Shown: positions 9,101 through 19,667, numbered from the stretch's first letter. The stretch is DNA of 64,000 nt from Christensenellaceae bacterium Phil10 (GCA_001940895.1 MSGY01000011.1:78942-142941), one strand, 5' to 3'. The notes: a model not told the origin generated them from the letters alone. Translations and numbers: made by a program.

Positions 9101-9946
9101 TTACAGCGCGAAATAGACGTCTTTCATATTTTTTGCGTCCTCCGCCTGCGTTCCCGCGCTTTCCGAAAGAACGTAAGGAGACAACTTATAATCGTAAAAA
9201 ACTTTCGCAAGCGGCGCGAATTCGGGGCCGTATATCTCGTCCGAAAACGTCAGATGTTTTATTTCTCCTTTTGCGCCGTACATTATCTTGGAAAAATGAA
9301 CGTGCATGTTTTCGGTTTTCTCCCTGCCTGCGCCGTTTATCAGTTTTTTTATAACGACTTCGTAATCGTCGTAGGATTTAAGCCCGCCCTGCGTTCTTGC
9401 GTTAAGATGGCCGAAATCCACGCACGGATAATAACTTTCGTCGATATTGCATATACGGATAATTTCGTCGACGTCGCCGATTTGCGCGATTTTTCCCATC
9501 GTTTCGGGACAAATAATATAGTTTTCGTATCCTTCGGCCTTTTTTATGTCTTTGAAAACCGTAAGACGTTTAATAATGTTTTCAACGGCGACGTCACGGT
9601 TAAGTCCCGTCTCGGTACCGCTGTGAAACACGACCCTGCGACCTCCCATAAACCCTACGGCGCGCATAGATTCGAGAAGATATCGGTAGCCGTTTTCGCC
9701 CTTTTCGTCGTCGGGATTTGAAAAATTTATGTAATACGGAGCGTGCGCAGTGATTTCAACGCCGTATTTATCGGCTTCCGCGCCGATTGCACGCGCCGTA
9801 TTCTCGCCTATCATAACGCCCTTTCCGAAAGAGTATTCGTATATGTCGAGACCTCTTTCGCTGACCCATTTCGGCGCTTCTACGGTAGATTTGTGGCCCT
9901 CGTTATAAAAACTTTCGCTGTTTCCGCTTGGTCCGAATTTAATCAT
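9101..9946 (-). CDS. Endonuclease IV-like / xylose-isomerase-like TIM-barrel protein
   Basis: 281 aa. The ligand-like pattern AHAPYYIN, VFHSG, CPETMG, VDFGH, HVHFS fits AP-endonuclease family 2. Overlaps the ribF stop by 4 nt. Confidence 0.6.
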   Translation of the reverse strand: MIKFGPSGNSESFYNEGHKSTVEAPKWVSERGLDIYEYSFGKGVMIGENTARAIGAEADKYGVEITAHAPYYINFSNPDDEKGENGYRYLLESMRAVGFMGGRRVVFHSGTETGLNRDVAVENIIKRLTVFKDIKKAEGYENYIICPETMGKIAQIGDVDEIIRICNIDESYYPCVDFGHLNARTQGGLKSYDDYEVVIKKLINGAGREKTENMHVHFSKIMYGAKGEIKHLTFSDEIYGPEFAPLAKVFYDYKLSPYVLSESAGTQAEDAKNMKDVYFAL

Positions 9947-10851
9947 AGCGTCCTCTTAATCAGTGCCGCAACCTCTATGTCCTGCTCGATTCGGGCACGG
10001 ATTTCATTTTCCGAAGCGAACTTTCTCGTGTCACGGATTTTACCGTAAAAATAAACGGTAATGAATTTGCCGTAAAGATTTCCTTTATAATCTATCAGAA
10101 AACTCTCGACGGTAAAGGAATAATCGTCGAAAGTGGGCTTCGAACCGATATTCGTAATGGCGTCGTAGGTATATCCGTCCACCTCGACGCCGGTGGCGTA
10201 CACTCCTTCGCGCAAAGTAGCTTTCTCCTCGGGTACGAAAAGATTCGCCGTCGGAAAACCGAATTCGCGCCCTCTTCCGAAGCAATGCACCACGTCGCCC
10301 GAAATCATATACGGCCGTCCCATCAGCTGATTCGCACGTCTGATTTGTCCGTCCGACAGACATTTTCTGATAAGATTGCTGCTTATTTTATCGCCGTTAT
10401 CCGTTCTGAAATAGGGAACGACCGTTAATGATATACCGGCTTCTTCCGCACGTTTTTTCAGATAATCGACGTTTCCGTTTCCTCCCGCTCCGAAAGTATA
10501 ATCGGCGCCGCAAACGACTGCTTTTATTTTAAAACTGTTGAAAATACCCGAGATAAAATCCTCTTTCGTCGTTTTTGCGTAATCGGCGTCCATATCCTTT
10601 CCGATAACCACGTCGACGCCGAGTTCTTCAAATATTCTCAGTCTCTCTGAAAACGTGAAAACCATTTTAGTATCGCGGTTGTAAAAGCGGAAAGGATTGT
10701 TTTTAAAAGTAAAAACGGCAAGTTCCACCCCTTCCGACCCGGCGATTTCTTTTGCCTCGGCGATGAGATGAGCATGTCCGCGGTGAACGCTGTCGAACAA
10801 CCCCATAGCAAGCACGATCTCTTTATCGTAATTATTTTCGACTATTTTCAT
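9943..10851 (-). CDS. ribF: Bifunctional riboflavin kinase / FMN adenylyltransferase
   Basis: 302 aa. GLFDSVHRGHAHLI is the nucleotidyltransferase motif. C-terminal riboflavin kinase domain (GFPTANL...). Follows truB. Confidence 0.9.
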   Translation of the reverse strand: MKIVENNYDKEIVLAMGLFDSVHRGHAHLIAEAKEIAGSEGVELAVFTFKNNPFRFYNRDTKMVFTFSERLRIFEELGVDVVIGKDMDADYAKTTKEDFISGIFNSFKIKAVVCGADYTFGAGGNGNVDYLKKRAEEAGISLTVVPYFRTDNGDKISSNLIRKCLSDGQIRRANQLMGRPYMISGDVVHCFGRGREFGFPTANLFVPEEKATLREGVYATGVEVDGYTYDAITNIGSKPTFDDYSFTVESFLIDYKGNLYGKFITVYFYGKIRDTRKFASENEIRARIEQDIEVAALIKRTL

Positions 10852-11714
10852 ATCAGCCTTGTTTTAACCTCTAAGCAGCCGTCCCGCCCGATGCCTATCC
10901 CTAAAAGAGAGCCTCTGACGTAGACGGTGAAAAAACCGTCGGGCAACGGTCCGATTTTAATTTTAACGCCGTTGATTACTTTCTCCGAAAGTATTTCCGG
11001 AACGTCGTATCGCGGATAATCCGACAGAAAGTATTCCGTAGGCAACATATGCCTTTCTGGGTCGGTCTGAATCTCGTCGGGAGTGACCGCGTTTTCCATT
11101 GCAAATTTTCCCGAACGAAGTCTTATGATAAAAGACATATACCCAACCGTCCCCAACGCATATGCCATATCTCTTACGACGCTTCTTATGTAGGTGCCGC
11201 CGCTGCACGTAATATCGAATACGAAAATCCCGTCTTTCTCATAAAGAAATTCGACGGAAAAAATCTCGACTTCCCGTGCTTCGATAACAAATTCTTTGCC
11301 CGCTCTCGCAAGGTCGTATGCACGTTTCCCGGCTATCGATATACTGCTGTAAACAGGCGGCATTTGCGCAATTTTTCCCATAAACGACGGTAAAATATGC
11401 AAAATTTCCTGAATAGTAGGTATTTTATCGGTAGTTTTTGTAATTTTTCCGTAACTGTCGAGAGTGTCGGTTTCGACGCCGAATTTAAAACCGGCGCGGT
11501 ATTTTTTTACCGTCTGCCCGGCATAATCGAACAACCTCGTCGCCCTGCCGACCGCAACAGGAAGGACTCCCGCACCGCCCGGGTCGAGAGTGCCGAGATG
11601 TCCGACCTTGATTTTCTCGCCGTAATGCCGTTTCAGTATTCCCCGGATTTTTACAACGACGTCGGACGAAGTCATACCGGTAGGCTTTATAACGTTGAAA
11701 AAACCGTCAGGCAT
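10848..11714 (-). CDS. truB: tRNA pseudouridine(55) synthase
   Basis: 288 aa. KPTGMTSSDVV...GHLGTLDPGGAGVLPVAVG includes the catalytic-Asp motif. Conserved operon position. Confidence 0.9.
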   Translation of the reverse strand: MPDGFFNVIKPTGMTSSDVVVKIRGILKRHYGEKIKVGHLGTLDPGGAGVLPVAVGRATRLFDYAGQTVKKYRAGFKFGVETDTLDSYGKITKTTDKIPTIQEILHILPSFMGKIAQMPPVYSSISIAGKRAYDLARAGKEFVIEAREVEIFSVEFLYEKDGIFVFDITCSGGTYIRSVVRDMAYALGTVGYMSFIIRLRSGKFAMENAVTPDEIQTDPERHMLPTEYFLSDYPRYDVPEILSEKVINGVKIKIGPLPDGFFTVYVRGSLLGIGIGRDGCLEVKTRLI

Positions 11715-12699
11715 TAAGTTCGTCCCTCGCAGCTTTTAAAAGTTTATCTACAACGTCCTCGTAAAACCCGGAGATTCTGCACCCGGCGGCTCTGGAATGT
11801 CCGCCTCCGCCGAAAACGGTAGCAACGGACGCTGCGTCGTAAGGCGCTTTGGTACGGATGCTCGCTTTATAATACTTTTCTCCGACTTCGCTTACGGCAA
11901 AAGCGATTTTTACGCTGTCAACGTCGATAAGTTCGTTTATAATACCGTCGGTGAACGCGGTCGAAGTTTCCGTTTCCGTGAAATCCTTTTTGAAAAAAGT
12001 CATCACGGCTATTTCGTTTCCGTCGAAAAATCTCGTGTTGCACATCGCGCGCGCTTTAAGTTTATATCTGTTCGCGGGCTGCGATTTTATCATTTTGTAA
12101 ATAATGTCGTGGCTGTCGACGCCGTAGTGAAGCAACTTTCCCGCAACGTCAAGCGTTTCGTCGGTAGTATTATCGAACGAAAACGCTCCCGTATCGCCTA
12201 CGAGCGCCGAGAACAGAAGCGTCGCGATTTCGTTATCGATAAGGTCGTAACCTGCCTTCGCGCTTAATTCGCACACAATTTTAAATATTATTTCGGCAGT
12301 TGCGCCCGCAAGCGGGTCGCAAATCGAATAATCGGCAAAATTTCTGTTGGTTTTATGATGGTCTGCCGAAAGCGTGCGCGAAGCGTGTTTGAAATACTTG
12401 CCCGCCGTACCGAAACGTTCGGGGTCGTTGCAATCGACGGCAATAACAAGGTCGTATTTTTTAAATTTATCGTCGGCGCACTCGTTAACGGCGTCAATTG
12501 TAGGAAGAAAAGAAAGTCGCGGCGGAGGATTGTCCTCGCAATAGACGTCGGCGCGGAATCCGAGCTTTTTTAAAGCGAGACGAAGAGACAGCGCACTGCC
12601 CAGAGTATCGCTGTCGGGATTGACGTGGCACAGAAGAGCCACGCTTTCGGCGCCGTCCGTAAAAGATACGAATTTTTTGATTTTTTCGGTTTCAACCAT
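11707..12699 (-). CDS. nrnA: DHH/DHHA1 phosphoesterase (NrnA-like oligoribonuclease / pAp phosphatase)
   Basis: 330 aa with motifs HVNPDSDTLGS, AVDCN, DHH (SADHHKTN) and GGGHSRAAG (DHHA1). Confidence 0.8.
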   Translation of the reverse strand: MVETEKIKKFVSFTDGAESVALLCHVNPDSDTLGSALSLRLALKKLGFRADVYCEDNPPPRLSFLPTIDAVNECADDKFKKYDLVIAVDCNDPERFGTAGKYFKHASRTLSADHHKTNRNFADYSICDPLAGATAEIIFKIVCELSAKAGYDLIDNEIATLLFSALVGDTGAFSFDNTTDETLDVAGKLLHYGVDSHDIIYKMIKSQPANRYKLKARAMCNTRFFDGNEIAVMTFFKKDFTETETSTAFTDGIINELIDVDSVKIAFAVSEVGEKYYKASIRTKAPYDAASVATVFGGGGHSRAAGCRISGFYEDVVDKLLKAARDELNA

Positions 12700-13054
12700 T
12701 GTTTTTTTCGTCTTTTTCCTTAATATCTTTAAGCAATTTGTCGATTTTCATACCATATTCTATACTCGTGTCGAGATAAAACGTAAGCTCGGGCATATTG
12801 CGTATATCCATTGCCGATTTAAGTTCGTTGCGGATAAATCCCGCGGCGTTATTGATAACTTTCAACGCCTCCTTCGTATCGGCGATATTAAGCATACTGA
12901 CGTATACTTTCGCGTATTTGAGATCGAAAGTGGTTTTTGCCGCCGTAACGCTGATAAGTCCGCCCGAAAGTCTCGGGTCGGACAATCTGTTCGAAATGAT
13001 TTCGGCGGTTCTTTTTTCTATTTCCGAATTTATACGCGCAATTTTACTGTTCAT
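12692..13054 (-). CDS. rbfA: Ribosome-binding factor A
   Basis: 120 aa, directly after infB with a 4-nt overlap. Shows the RbfA pattern (DPRL..., VTAAKTTFDLKYAKVYVS). Confidence 0.9.
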   Translation of the reverse strand: MNSKIARINSEIEKRTAEIISNRLSDPRLSGGLISVTAAKTTFDLKYAKVYVSMLNIADTKEALKVINNAAGFIRNELKSAMDIRNMPELTFYLDTSIEYGMKIDKLLKDIKEKDEKNNG

Positions 13055-15666
13055 TGAATCTGCTCCATTACGTAGGCTTCGATGAAGTCGCCCTCTTTTA
13101 TGTCGTTATAGTTAAGTATTCCCATACCGCATTCATAGCCTTTCGCCACTTCTTTGACGTCGTCTTTGAAACGCTTCAGGCTGCTGAGTTCTCCCTCGTA
13201 TACGAGAGTATCGTCGCGGTAAAGCCTGACCTTTGCGTTTCTCTGAATTTTACCGTCCGTTACGTAGCAACCCGCAACGGTTCCGGCTCCCGTGATGCGG
13301 TAAACCTGACGGACTTCGGCGTTGCCGAGAATATTCTCGCGGAATTTGGGTGCAAGCATACCTTTAATGGCGGAATTGACGTCGTCGATTGCGTCGTAGA
13401 TAACGCGGTAAAGGCGAATGTCGATATTCGCGCGTTCGGCGCTGACTTTAGCTTTCGCGTCGGGGCGCACGTTAAAGCCTATGATTATGGCGCCGCTCGT
13501 CGAAGCAAGCATTACGTCCGACTCGTTGATTGCGCCCACCGCCCCGTGTATCACCGAAATTTTAACTTCGTCGTTAGACAGTTTTTCAAGCGATTGTTTC
13601 ACCGCTTCCACGCTGCCCTGAACGTCGGCTTTTATGATAATATTGAGAGTTTTCGTTTCGCCTTTTTTGATTTGAGCGAAAATGTCGTCGAGAGAGGTTG
13701 ACGCCTTTATATTATTCATCTCGTTGCGCATTTTCATAATACGCTCGCTTACAACCTGCTTTGCGAATTTTTCGTCGGATACCGCGGTAATCGGGTCGCC
13801 GGCGTTAGGCACTTCGGAAAATCCGAGAACGGAAACTGGGACGGACGGTCCCGCACTTTTTACGTTTTTGCCTTTGTCGTCAATCATGCCGCGGATTTTT
13901 CCCGTGCACGTGCCCGCAACGACGTAATCTCCGACGTGCAGCGTGCCGTTCTGAACGAGAACAGTGGCAAGAGGTCCTTTTCCTTTATCGAGTTTTGCTT
14001 CGATAATACTTCCTTTCGCCGCGCGGTTGGGATTTGCTTTGAGTTCCAGAATATCGGCAACGAGAAGTATGGTTTCAAGCAAGTCGTTTACGCCCTGTCC
14101 CGTTTTCGCGCTGACGTTTACGACGGGCGTCGTGCCTCCCCACGCTTCGGGAACGAGGTCGTATTCGGTAAGTTGTTGCAATACTCTGTCGGGTTGAGCG
14201 CCCGGTTTGTCGATTTTATTTACCGCGACGATAATGGATACGCCCGCGGTTTTGGCGTGATTGATTGCCTCGACCGTCTGCGGCATTATACCGTCGTCGG
14301 CCGCAACGACGATTACCGCTATATCTGTAACGAGCGCGCCTCTTAAACGCATACTCGTAAAAGCTTCGTGTCCCGGCGTATCGAGGAAAGTAATGTTCCT
14401 GCCGTTAAGGGAAACGGTGTACGCGCCGATATGCTGGGTTATACCACCCGCTTCTCCCGAGGCTACGCTGCTCTTTCTGATATAGTCGAGAAGAGAAGTT
14501 TTACCGTGGTCGACGTGTCCCATTATGGTTATTATGGGAGGACGCGATACCTTATCGGCGTCGCTGTCGTCGTCTTCGTCGCGGATTTCCTGAAGCTTAT
14601 CTTCCGCCGTTTTTTCGGGTTCGTACGAAAGGGTAACGCCCAGTTCGCCCGCGACAAGGTCCGCGGTGTCGAAATCAATCACGTCGTTTATCGTTTTCAT
14701 AATTCCGAGAAGCATAAGTTGTTTCAGAATTTCGCTTCCCGTTTTTCCTATTTTTTCGGAAAGTTGTTTTATCGAGATAAATTCCGTGGTTATAACGGCT
14801 TTATCGATGGTAACGGTCTCGGTAATATTGAATCCGTTCTTTTTGGGACGTTTTTTGATATAACGTCCCGTTGCGCCGGCGTCCCCTTCTTCCTCGGTAT
14901 AATACGCGTCGTTTTCGACGATAAAACCGCGCTTGATAAGCGATTTTTTATTCTGCGCTTTTTTGTCGTCGTTCTGTCCCGAGGTTTTCTTTGCGGGAGC
15001 GGAGTTTCCTTTAAATCCTTTGTTGGCGGCGTTTGCGGCGGGAGGCGGAGGTGTTGCACCCGCTTTGGGACGCGCGAAAGAATTGTTGTTTTGCAAAGGC
15101 TTGCGGAAATCGCCGTTCTGTTGCGGCCTTCCGTTCTGCCCCTGACGGTTAAAGTTTGCGTTTTGCGAAGGAGTTCCCTGACGGTTGGGCGCGCCCTGTT
15201 GCGCGTTCTGACGATCGCGGGGTTTTCTGTCCTCGTTCGTAAAAATACGCGTCTGTACGACGGGCTGCTTTTCCTCCCGCGCGGGAGCGGCGGGTCTGCT
15301 CGGTTCGGGACGCGATGCTTCTTCGACGGGTTTTGTTTGCGCCGTTTCTTCTTTTTCCAAAGCGACGGCGGTTTTTTCATTTTCTTTCTCTGTCGCGGCT
15401 TTTTCTGCCTCTTCGCGTTTAATCCGTTCCTCTTCTTCCCGTTTCGACTGCAACTCTGCCTCTTCGCGCATTCTTTCTTCTTCAAGCCGTTTTTCTTCGG
15501 CCGCACGGATTTTATTCTCCTTTATCGAAAGAATGTCTTCGGTAAGAGAACGAAGTTTCAAGGACAACTCCGAAAGTTTTTTCAACGAAGGCGCGACGAC
15601 GTCGTTTTTAACGACTCCGAGACCTTTCGCACCGCTTTCGTGAATTTTAGTATTGTTTTCTGCCAT
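13051..15666 (-). CDS. infB: Translation initiation factor IF-2
   Basis: Trimmed to ATG 15666 ([10 protein letters not shown]), which has GGAGG 8 nt upstream. Low-complexity N-terminus, then the GTPase domain ([21 protein letters not shown]). Confidence 0.95.
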   Translation of the reverse strand: MAENNTKIHESGAKGLGVVKNDVVAPSLKKLSELSLKLRSLTEDILSIKENKIRAAEEKRLEEERMREEAELQSKREEEERIKREEAEKAATEKENEKTAVALEKEETAQTKPVEEASRPEPSRPAAPAREEKQPVVQTRIFTNEDRKPRDRQNAQQGAPNRQGTPSQNANFNRQGQNGRPQQNGDFRKPLQNNNSFARPKAGATPPPPAANAANKGFKGNSAPAKKTSGQNDDKKAQNKKSLIKRGFIVENDAYYTEEEGDAGATGRYIKKRPKKNGFNITETVTIDKAVITTEFISIKQLSEKIGKTGSEILKQLMLLGIMKTINDVIDFDTADLVAGELGVTLSYEPEKTAEDKLQEIRDEDDDSDADKVSRPPIITIMGHVDHGKTSLLDYIRKSSVASGEAGGITQHIGAYTVSLNGRNITFLDTPGHEAFTSMRLRGALVTDIAVIVVAADDGIMPQTVEAINHAKTAGVSIIVAVNKIDKPGAQPDRVLQQLTEYDLVPEAWGGTTPVVNVSAKTGQGVNDLLETILLVADILELKANPNRAAKGSIIEAKLDKGKGPLATVLVQNGTLHVGDYVVAGTCTGKIRGMIDDKGKNVKSAGPSVPVSVLGFSEVPNAGDPITAVSDEKFAKQVVSERIMKMRNEMNNIKASTSLDDIFAQIKKGETKTLNIIIKADVQGSVEAVKQSLEKLSNDEVKISVIHGAVGAINESDVMLASTSGAIIIGFNVRPDAKAKVSAERANIDIRLYRVIYDAIDDVNSAIKGMLAPKFRENILGNAEVRQVYRITGAGTVAGCYVTDGKIQRNAKVRLYRDDTLVYEGELSSLKRFKDDVKEVAKGYECGMGILNYNDIKEGDFIEAYVMEQIQ

Positions 15667-15680
15667 TAAATTACCTCCGC

Positions 15681-15974
15681 TTATAACGCATTTTCGATTA
15701 TAGCATTCGCAAGTTCGCGGTCGGTTACCGCCACAACCTTGCAATTATTTTTTTTGAGAATTTCTTCCAGCGTGACGTTTTCGAGAATCACGACGGGAGA
15801 TTTACTTTTTTCGGCGTACGAACTTATTTTTTTTGTCGTATTTTCGGCGGCGTTTCCGCTTAAAACGATAACGGGCACGCGCGGCCTTACGAGAATACGG
15901 TCCGTGCCGAAAACGATTTTGTTTGCTCTTGCCGCAAAACCTATATAACTAATTATTTTCCCTGTATTTTGCAT
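15681..15974 (-). CDS. ylxQ: L7Ae-family RNA-binding protein YlxQ
   Basis: Trimmed to ATG 15974 (MQNTGKIISYIGFAARANKIVFG...). About 97 aa, between ylxR and infB as in Bacillus. Confidence 0.75.
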   Translation of the reverse strand: MQNTGKIISYIGFAARANKIVFGTDRILVRPRVPVIVLSGNAAENTTKKISSYAEKSKSPVVILENVTLEEILKKNNCKVVAVTDRELANAIIENAL

Positions 15975-16242
15975 ATTCTTCGCCAAGCGATTTATACGCT
16001 TCGTCCGACAGTTTTTCGTCGAACGCCTTATCAAGCAACCGCTTTTTAAGACATTTTTCGAAACACTCGGGTTTTTTGCAAACGTACGCGCCGCGACCCG
16101 ACTTTTTTCCGGTAGCGTCTATCGAAAAACCGTCGGCGTTTCTGACAACGCGCAGAAGTTCCTTTTTTTCAAACATTCCGCGACAGGCAACGCACATGCG
16201 CAAAGGGATTTTCTTAGGCATTTTCGCTCTCCGCTTCGCCAT
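15949..16242 (-). CDS. ylxR: YlxR/RnpM family RNA-binding protein (DUF448)
   Basis: 97 aa. IPLRMCVACRGMFEKKELLRVV...GRGAYVC is the DUF448 signature. Directly after nusA. The true start may be the internal Met at 16221. Confidence 0.8.
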   Translation of the reverse strand: MAKRRAKMPKKIPLRMCVACRGMFEKKELLRVVRNADGFSIDATGKKSGRGAYVCKKPECFEKCLKKRLLDKAFDEKLSDEAYKSLGEEYAKYRENN

Positions 16243-17308
16243 CGCCAGATTCGGCGGTGAGCGTTTTCATAACTTCGCTGTAAGGCTTTACGTCGATTTT
16301 CCAGCCGGTGAGTTTAGCGGCGAGACGAGCGTTTTGTCCCTGTTTTCCTATTGCGAGCGAAAGTTTTTCGTCGGCGACGACAACTTTTGCTTTCTTTTCT
16401 TCCTCGTTTATCTGAACCATCTGAACGGGAGCGGGACTCAAAGCGCGCGCTACGAATTCAAGCGGGTCGGCGCAATAAGGAATAATATCGATTTTTTCTC
16501 CGCCGAGCTCGGCAACGATTGCGTTGACGCGGCTGCCCTTCGGTCCGATGCACGCGCCTATAGCGTCGACGGACGGGTCGTCGGACGATACCGCCATCTT
16601 GGTGCGGTAGCCTGCCTCGCGGACGATGCCGTTGACTCTTACGAGACCGCTTCTGATTTCGGGAACTTCCATTTCGAACATACGCTTCACGAATCCCGCC
16701 GAACTTCTCGATACCACGACCTGCGCGCCGAAATCGGTGGAGCGGACTTTTTTGACGTACACCTTTATCACGTCGCCTATATTAAGGCGCTCGCCCTGAA
16801 TCTGGTCGGGAAGCGCAAGAATGCCTTCCATCTGATTGCCCGATATTTCCACAAAGTAATTGGTGCCTTCCTTACGTCTGACGGTGGCGGAAACGATTTC
16901 GCCTTCGCGTTCGGTCATTTCGCTCATAACGACGTCGCGACTGGCGTCGTTGAGGCGCTGAATAATAACCTGCTTCGCAGTCTGAGCGGCAATGCGCGAA
17001 AAGTTTTTGGGAGTGATATCCTCAAGCACGATATCGCCGACCTTGTAAGTCGATTTGATTTCTTTAGCCTCTTCGAGAGAAATTTCCTTTTCGGGGTCCT
17101 CTACGGTTTCCGCCACGGTGCGATACGCGTATATTTTAATGGTATAACGCGCTTCGTCGCATCTCACGACAACCTGACGGGTTTCGCCCGTTTCTTTTTT
17201 ATAGGCGAAAAGAATACCGGCTTCCAAAGCTTCGATAAGTTTTTCGCGACTGATTTTCTTTTCCTTTTCCAGAACGTCAAGCGCCTGAAAGAACTCCTTG
17301 TTTACCAT
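16214..17308 (-). CDS. nusA: Transcription termination/antitermination factor NusA
   Basis: 364 aa with N-terminal, S1 and two KH domains (GPKGSRVNAIVAELGGEKIDI..., IGKQGQNARLAAKLTGWKIDV). Confidence 0.95.
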   Translation of the reverse strand: MVNKEFFQALDVLEKEKKISREKLIEALEAGILFAYKKETGETRQVVVRCDEARYTIKIYAYRTVAETVEDPEKEISLEEAKEIKSTYKVGDIVLEDITPKNFSRIAAQTAKQVIIQRLNDASRDVVMSEMTEREGEIVSATVRRKEGTNYFVEISGNQMEGILALPDQIQGERLNIGDVIKVYVKKVRSTDFGAQVVVSRSSAGFVKRMFEMEVPEIRSGLVRVNGIVREAGYRTKMAVSSDDPSVDAIGACIGPKGSRVNAIVAELGGEKIDIIPYCADPLEFVARALSPAPVQMVQINEEEKKAKVVVADEKLSLAIGKQGQNARLAAKLTGWKIDVKPYSEVMKTLTAESGDGEAESENA

Positions 17309-17346
17309 ATTACCTCCTGCGGAATTCCGCTTATTAAGTTTTTCCT

Positions 17347-17832
17347 TTATTCAAAGCGAACGGCAAGACTTGCCTTCGCAATTTCTTTTCTGTCGAGAAC
17401 GAACGTGCTGCCGACGGTTTTTCCGGTTTTTATATCCGTAAGTTCCAGCGTAATCGAGTCGTTGTCGTAACCTTTAAGAACGCCCGTGATTTTTTTGTTT
17501 CCGTCAATTTTTTTGAAAAGGGAAATTTCAAGTTCTTTCCCCGCTCTTCTTCTGAAATCGTCGTCCGTTTTAAGCGGCCAGTCGAGCCCCATCGACGATA
17601 CTTCGAGATTGTACGATTTGTCGCCGAAAGGATTGATTTCGTCAAACAGAGCGTCGACGGCGTTATGCACTTTTTCGCAATCGTCAAGTCCCATGTCGCC
17701 GTCGCGGTATATTACGACCGTGACGGTATCCGTTCCGTACCGCACGCTCGTTTTAACGTCGACGAGTTCGTATCCTTCGCCCTCGACGACGGGTTTGATT
17801 TTTTCTTTGATTTTCAGAATATCTTCTTTCAT
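17347..17832 (-). CDS. rimP: Ribosome maturation factor RimP
   Basis: Trimmed to ATG 17832 (MKEDILKIKEKIKPVVEGEGYELVDV...). 161 aa, immediately upstream of nusA. Confidence 0.85.
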   Translation of the reverse strand: MKEDILKIKEKIKPVVEGEGYELVDVKTSVRYGTDTVTVVIYRDGDMGLDDCEKVHNAVDALFDEINPFGDKSYNLEVSSMGLDWPLKTDDDFRRRAGKELEISLFKKIDGNKKITGVLKGYDNDSITLELTDIKTGKTVGSTFVLDRKEIAKASLAVRFE

Positions 17833-17951
17833 ATTGCACCCTTTATACGAACAAGAGCGAGCCGTCGGGCTCACTCTCTTCATTCAATCAAGCAAACATA
17901 TAATAGCATATATATTTATATTATGCAATTGTTTTTCGGTCTTTTTTAAGT

Positions 17952-19667
17952 TTATTTTAGTTTTTCGGCAAGTATAAGGAACAGTTTTGCCGTTGCGATA
18001 GCGTCGAAGTCGGCGTTATGGGCGCATTCGAGGTCGATGCCGAAATACTTTGAAAGGTTCTGGAGATTATAACTCGGCAATCTGTATTGATTCTTCGCAA
18101 TCACACGCGTGTCGAGTACGGGATTGTCGAAATTATATCCGCATTTCTTGGCAAGACGTACGAGTATCGGATAATCAAAGCCGAAAGCATTGTGTCCCAC
18201 AAGGGTTGCTCCGCGCGAAAATTTATAAAAATCGGCAACGATTTCCTTAAAATCGGGCGCGTTTTCGACGTCTTTGTCGTATAATCCGTGAATTGCGCTC
18301 GTGTCCTCAGGAATATGACAGCCGGGGTTAACGAGAGTACTGAAAGTTTCCACAATTTTTCCGTCGACGATTTTATAACTTCCAATTTGCACGATTTTGC
18401 AACGTCCTATGTCGAGTCCGGTGGTTTCGAGGTCGAAAACCACAAAGGTTTTCCCTTTGAGATAAGGCGCGACTTCTTTTTTGCCGTCCATCAGTTCGTC
18501 CATGCCGCATTGCGACTCCTCGAAATATTTTTCGGGATGAACGAGATAGTAATTTTTGCTGACGGGCTTTGCGGGAAGTTCGGTTTTTATCGTCGAATAG
18601 TCTACGTCGGCAAGCCACATTTTGTCCGCGAGAATCTGCCTGATTCCGTTTCTCTCTCCCAGTTTTCCCGAAATCACGACGTCCGCTCCCTCTCTTAACG
18701 ACAGGTCGAGCGCGTTTACGTTCGTATCCTTCGCAAAATACACGACGGCCAGTTTTCCCGTAGTATCGTCGATAAAAAAGGAATACATCGGAAGCTTTTC
18801 GTCCGTCGTGTTTTTTTTGAATCTTCCGCCCGTAGGAAGATTAAGTCCGAAATTTTTGTTTTTGTATTCGCGCTTTTCAAGCCCCGCGACTTTGCCGCAT
18901 ACCGTTGCGGTTTCCAACGTGTCCTTAATATCGCCGATATACATAGGCAATACGTTCATATAGGCTTTTCCGACGAGGTTTTCAACAGGGGTTGCTTTGA
19001 TTTGCCGCACTTGTTCGTACAGAACAACGGTATCCTGAGAAGGGTCTATAAGGTCGGTAAAGACGTGGTTTCCGTCCTCTTTTACGGTGCCGTCGTCGTT
19101 AACGGAAATATTACAATTCAAGCCGGCGTTTTCGACTGTTTTCAAACTTTTTTCGCTAATTTTCCGTTTTTCTTCTTCCGTAATGTATTTTTCGATTATC
19201 TCATAGTTGACGTTTTCAACGAAATTGTCGTTAAGATATGAAACGACGTTGTCGCGGACGTCTTCGGTGTTCAATAACGAAAAATACGCTTTCTGCGCTT
19301 TAATCCTTACGTCGATTACGTATTCGTCCACGCGCACCGATACGTCCTCGGGTTTTATTGCCTGCGCGGCAACTCCGACGTATTTCGTTATCGCCTGCAT
19401 AAGCCGGACTCTCACCGTCTCCTCGTCCGCGTGAACCTTTATGTATTTTACGGAAAAAGTGATTTCGTCGGGAAGAAGAGGAACGATTGTATTTACGATA
19501 TCCTCTTTTACGGCGTCGGACAAAATGCCGCCGTCGACGGCCTGAGCCGTAGCCAGAAAATATATAAGCAGCTTATTTTCGCTTCGGCTGTATTCGGCGC
19601 GGACGAACCTGACGAAAGGATATTTATTTTCCGATTTAAGACGGAAAGTCTCTTCAAACTTTTTCAT
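17952..19667 (-). CDS. PolC-like N-terminal/OB-fold/DEDDh 3'-5' exonuclease protein lacking PHP and polymerase core
   Basis: 571 aa. Exo motifs FVVFDLETTGLD (I), LVGHNAFGFDYPIL (II) and ECAHNADFDAIATA (III, DEDDh) closely resemble the PolC proofreading insert. Residues about 255-355 look like an OB fold. Occupies the polC slot between ispG and rimP. Confidence 0.7.
   Translation of the reverse strand: MKKFEETFRLKSENKYPFVRFVRAEYSRSENKLLIYFLATAQAVDGGILSDAVKEDIVNTIVPLLPDEITFSVKYIKVHADEETVRVRLMQAITKYVGVAAQAIKPEDVSVRVDEYVIDVRIKAQKAYFSLLNTEDVRDNVVSYLNDNFVENVNYEIIEKYITEEEKRKISEKSLKTVENAGLNCNISVNDDGTVKEDGNHVFTDLIDPSQDTVVLYEQVRQIKATPVENLVGKAYMNVLPMYIGDIKDTLETATVCGKVAGLEKREYKNKNFGLNLPTGGRFKKNTTDEKLPMYSFFIDDTTGKLAVVYFAKDTNVNALDLSLREGADVVISGKLGERNGIRQILADKMWLADVDYSTIKTELPAKPVSKNYYLVHPEKYFEESQCGMDELMDGKKEVAPYLKGKTFVVFDLETTGLDIGRCKIVQIGSYKIVDGKIVETFSTLVNPGCHIPEDTSAIHGLYDKDVENAPDFKEIVADFYKFSRGATLVGHNAFGFDYPILVRLAKKCGYNFDNPVLDTRVIAKNQYRLPSYNLQNLSKYFGIDLECAHNADFDAIATAKLFLILAEKLK

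Noticed and set aside
8155-9354. 399-aa plus-strand ORF
   Set aside because: It lies antisense to the M24 peptidase and the endonuclease IV-like gene and spans their intergenic gap. The sequence is Arg/Phe-rich and low quality, with no RBS. It is typical of the stop-poor antisense frame in this genome.
14368-15669. 433-aa plus ORF and 238-aa minus ORF (14790..15506) within infB
   Set aside because: These are alternative frames of the low-complexity Lys/Glu/Arg/Pro-rich N-terminal region of IF-2. Their repetitive R/K/F composition is a frame artefact.
16076-17470. 464-aa plus-strand ORF
   Set aside because: It is antisense to nusA and rimP, which both have unambiguous motifs. No RBS.
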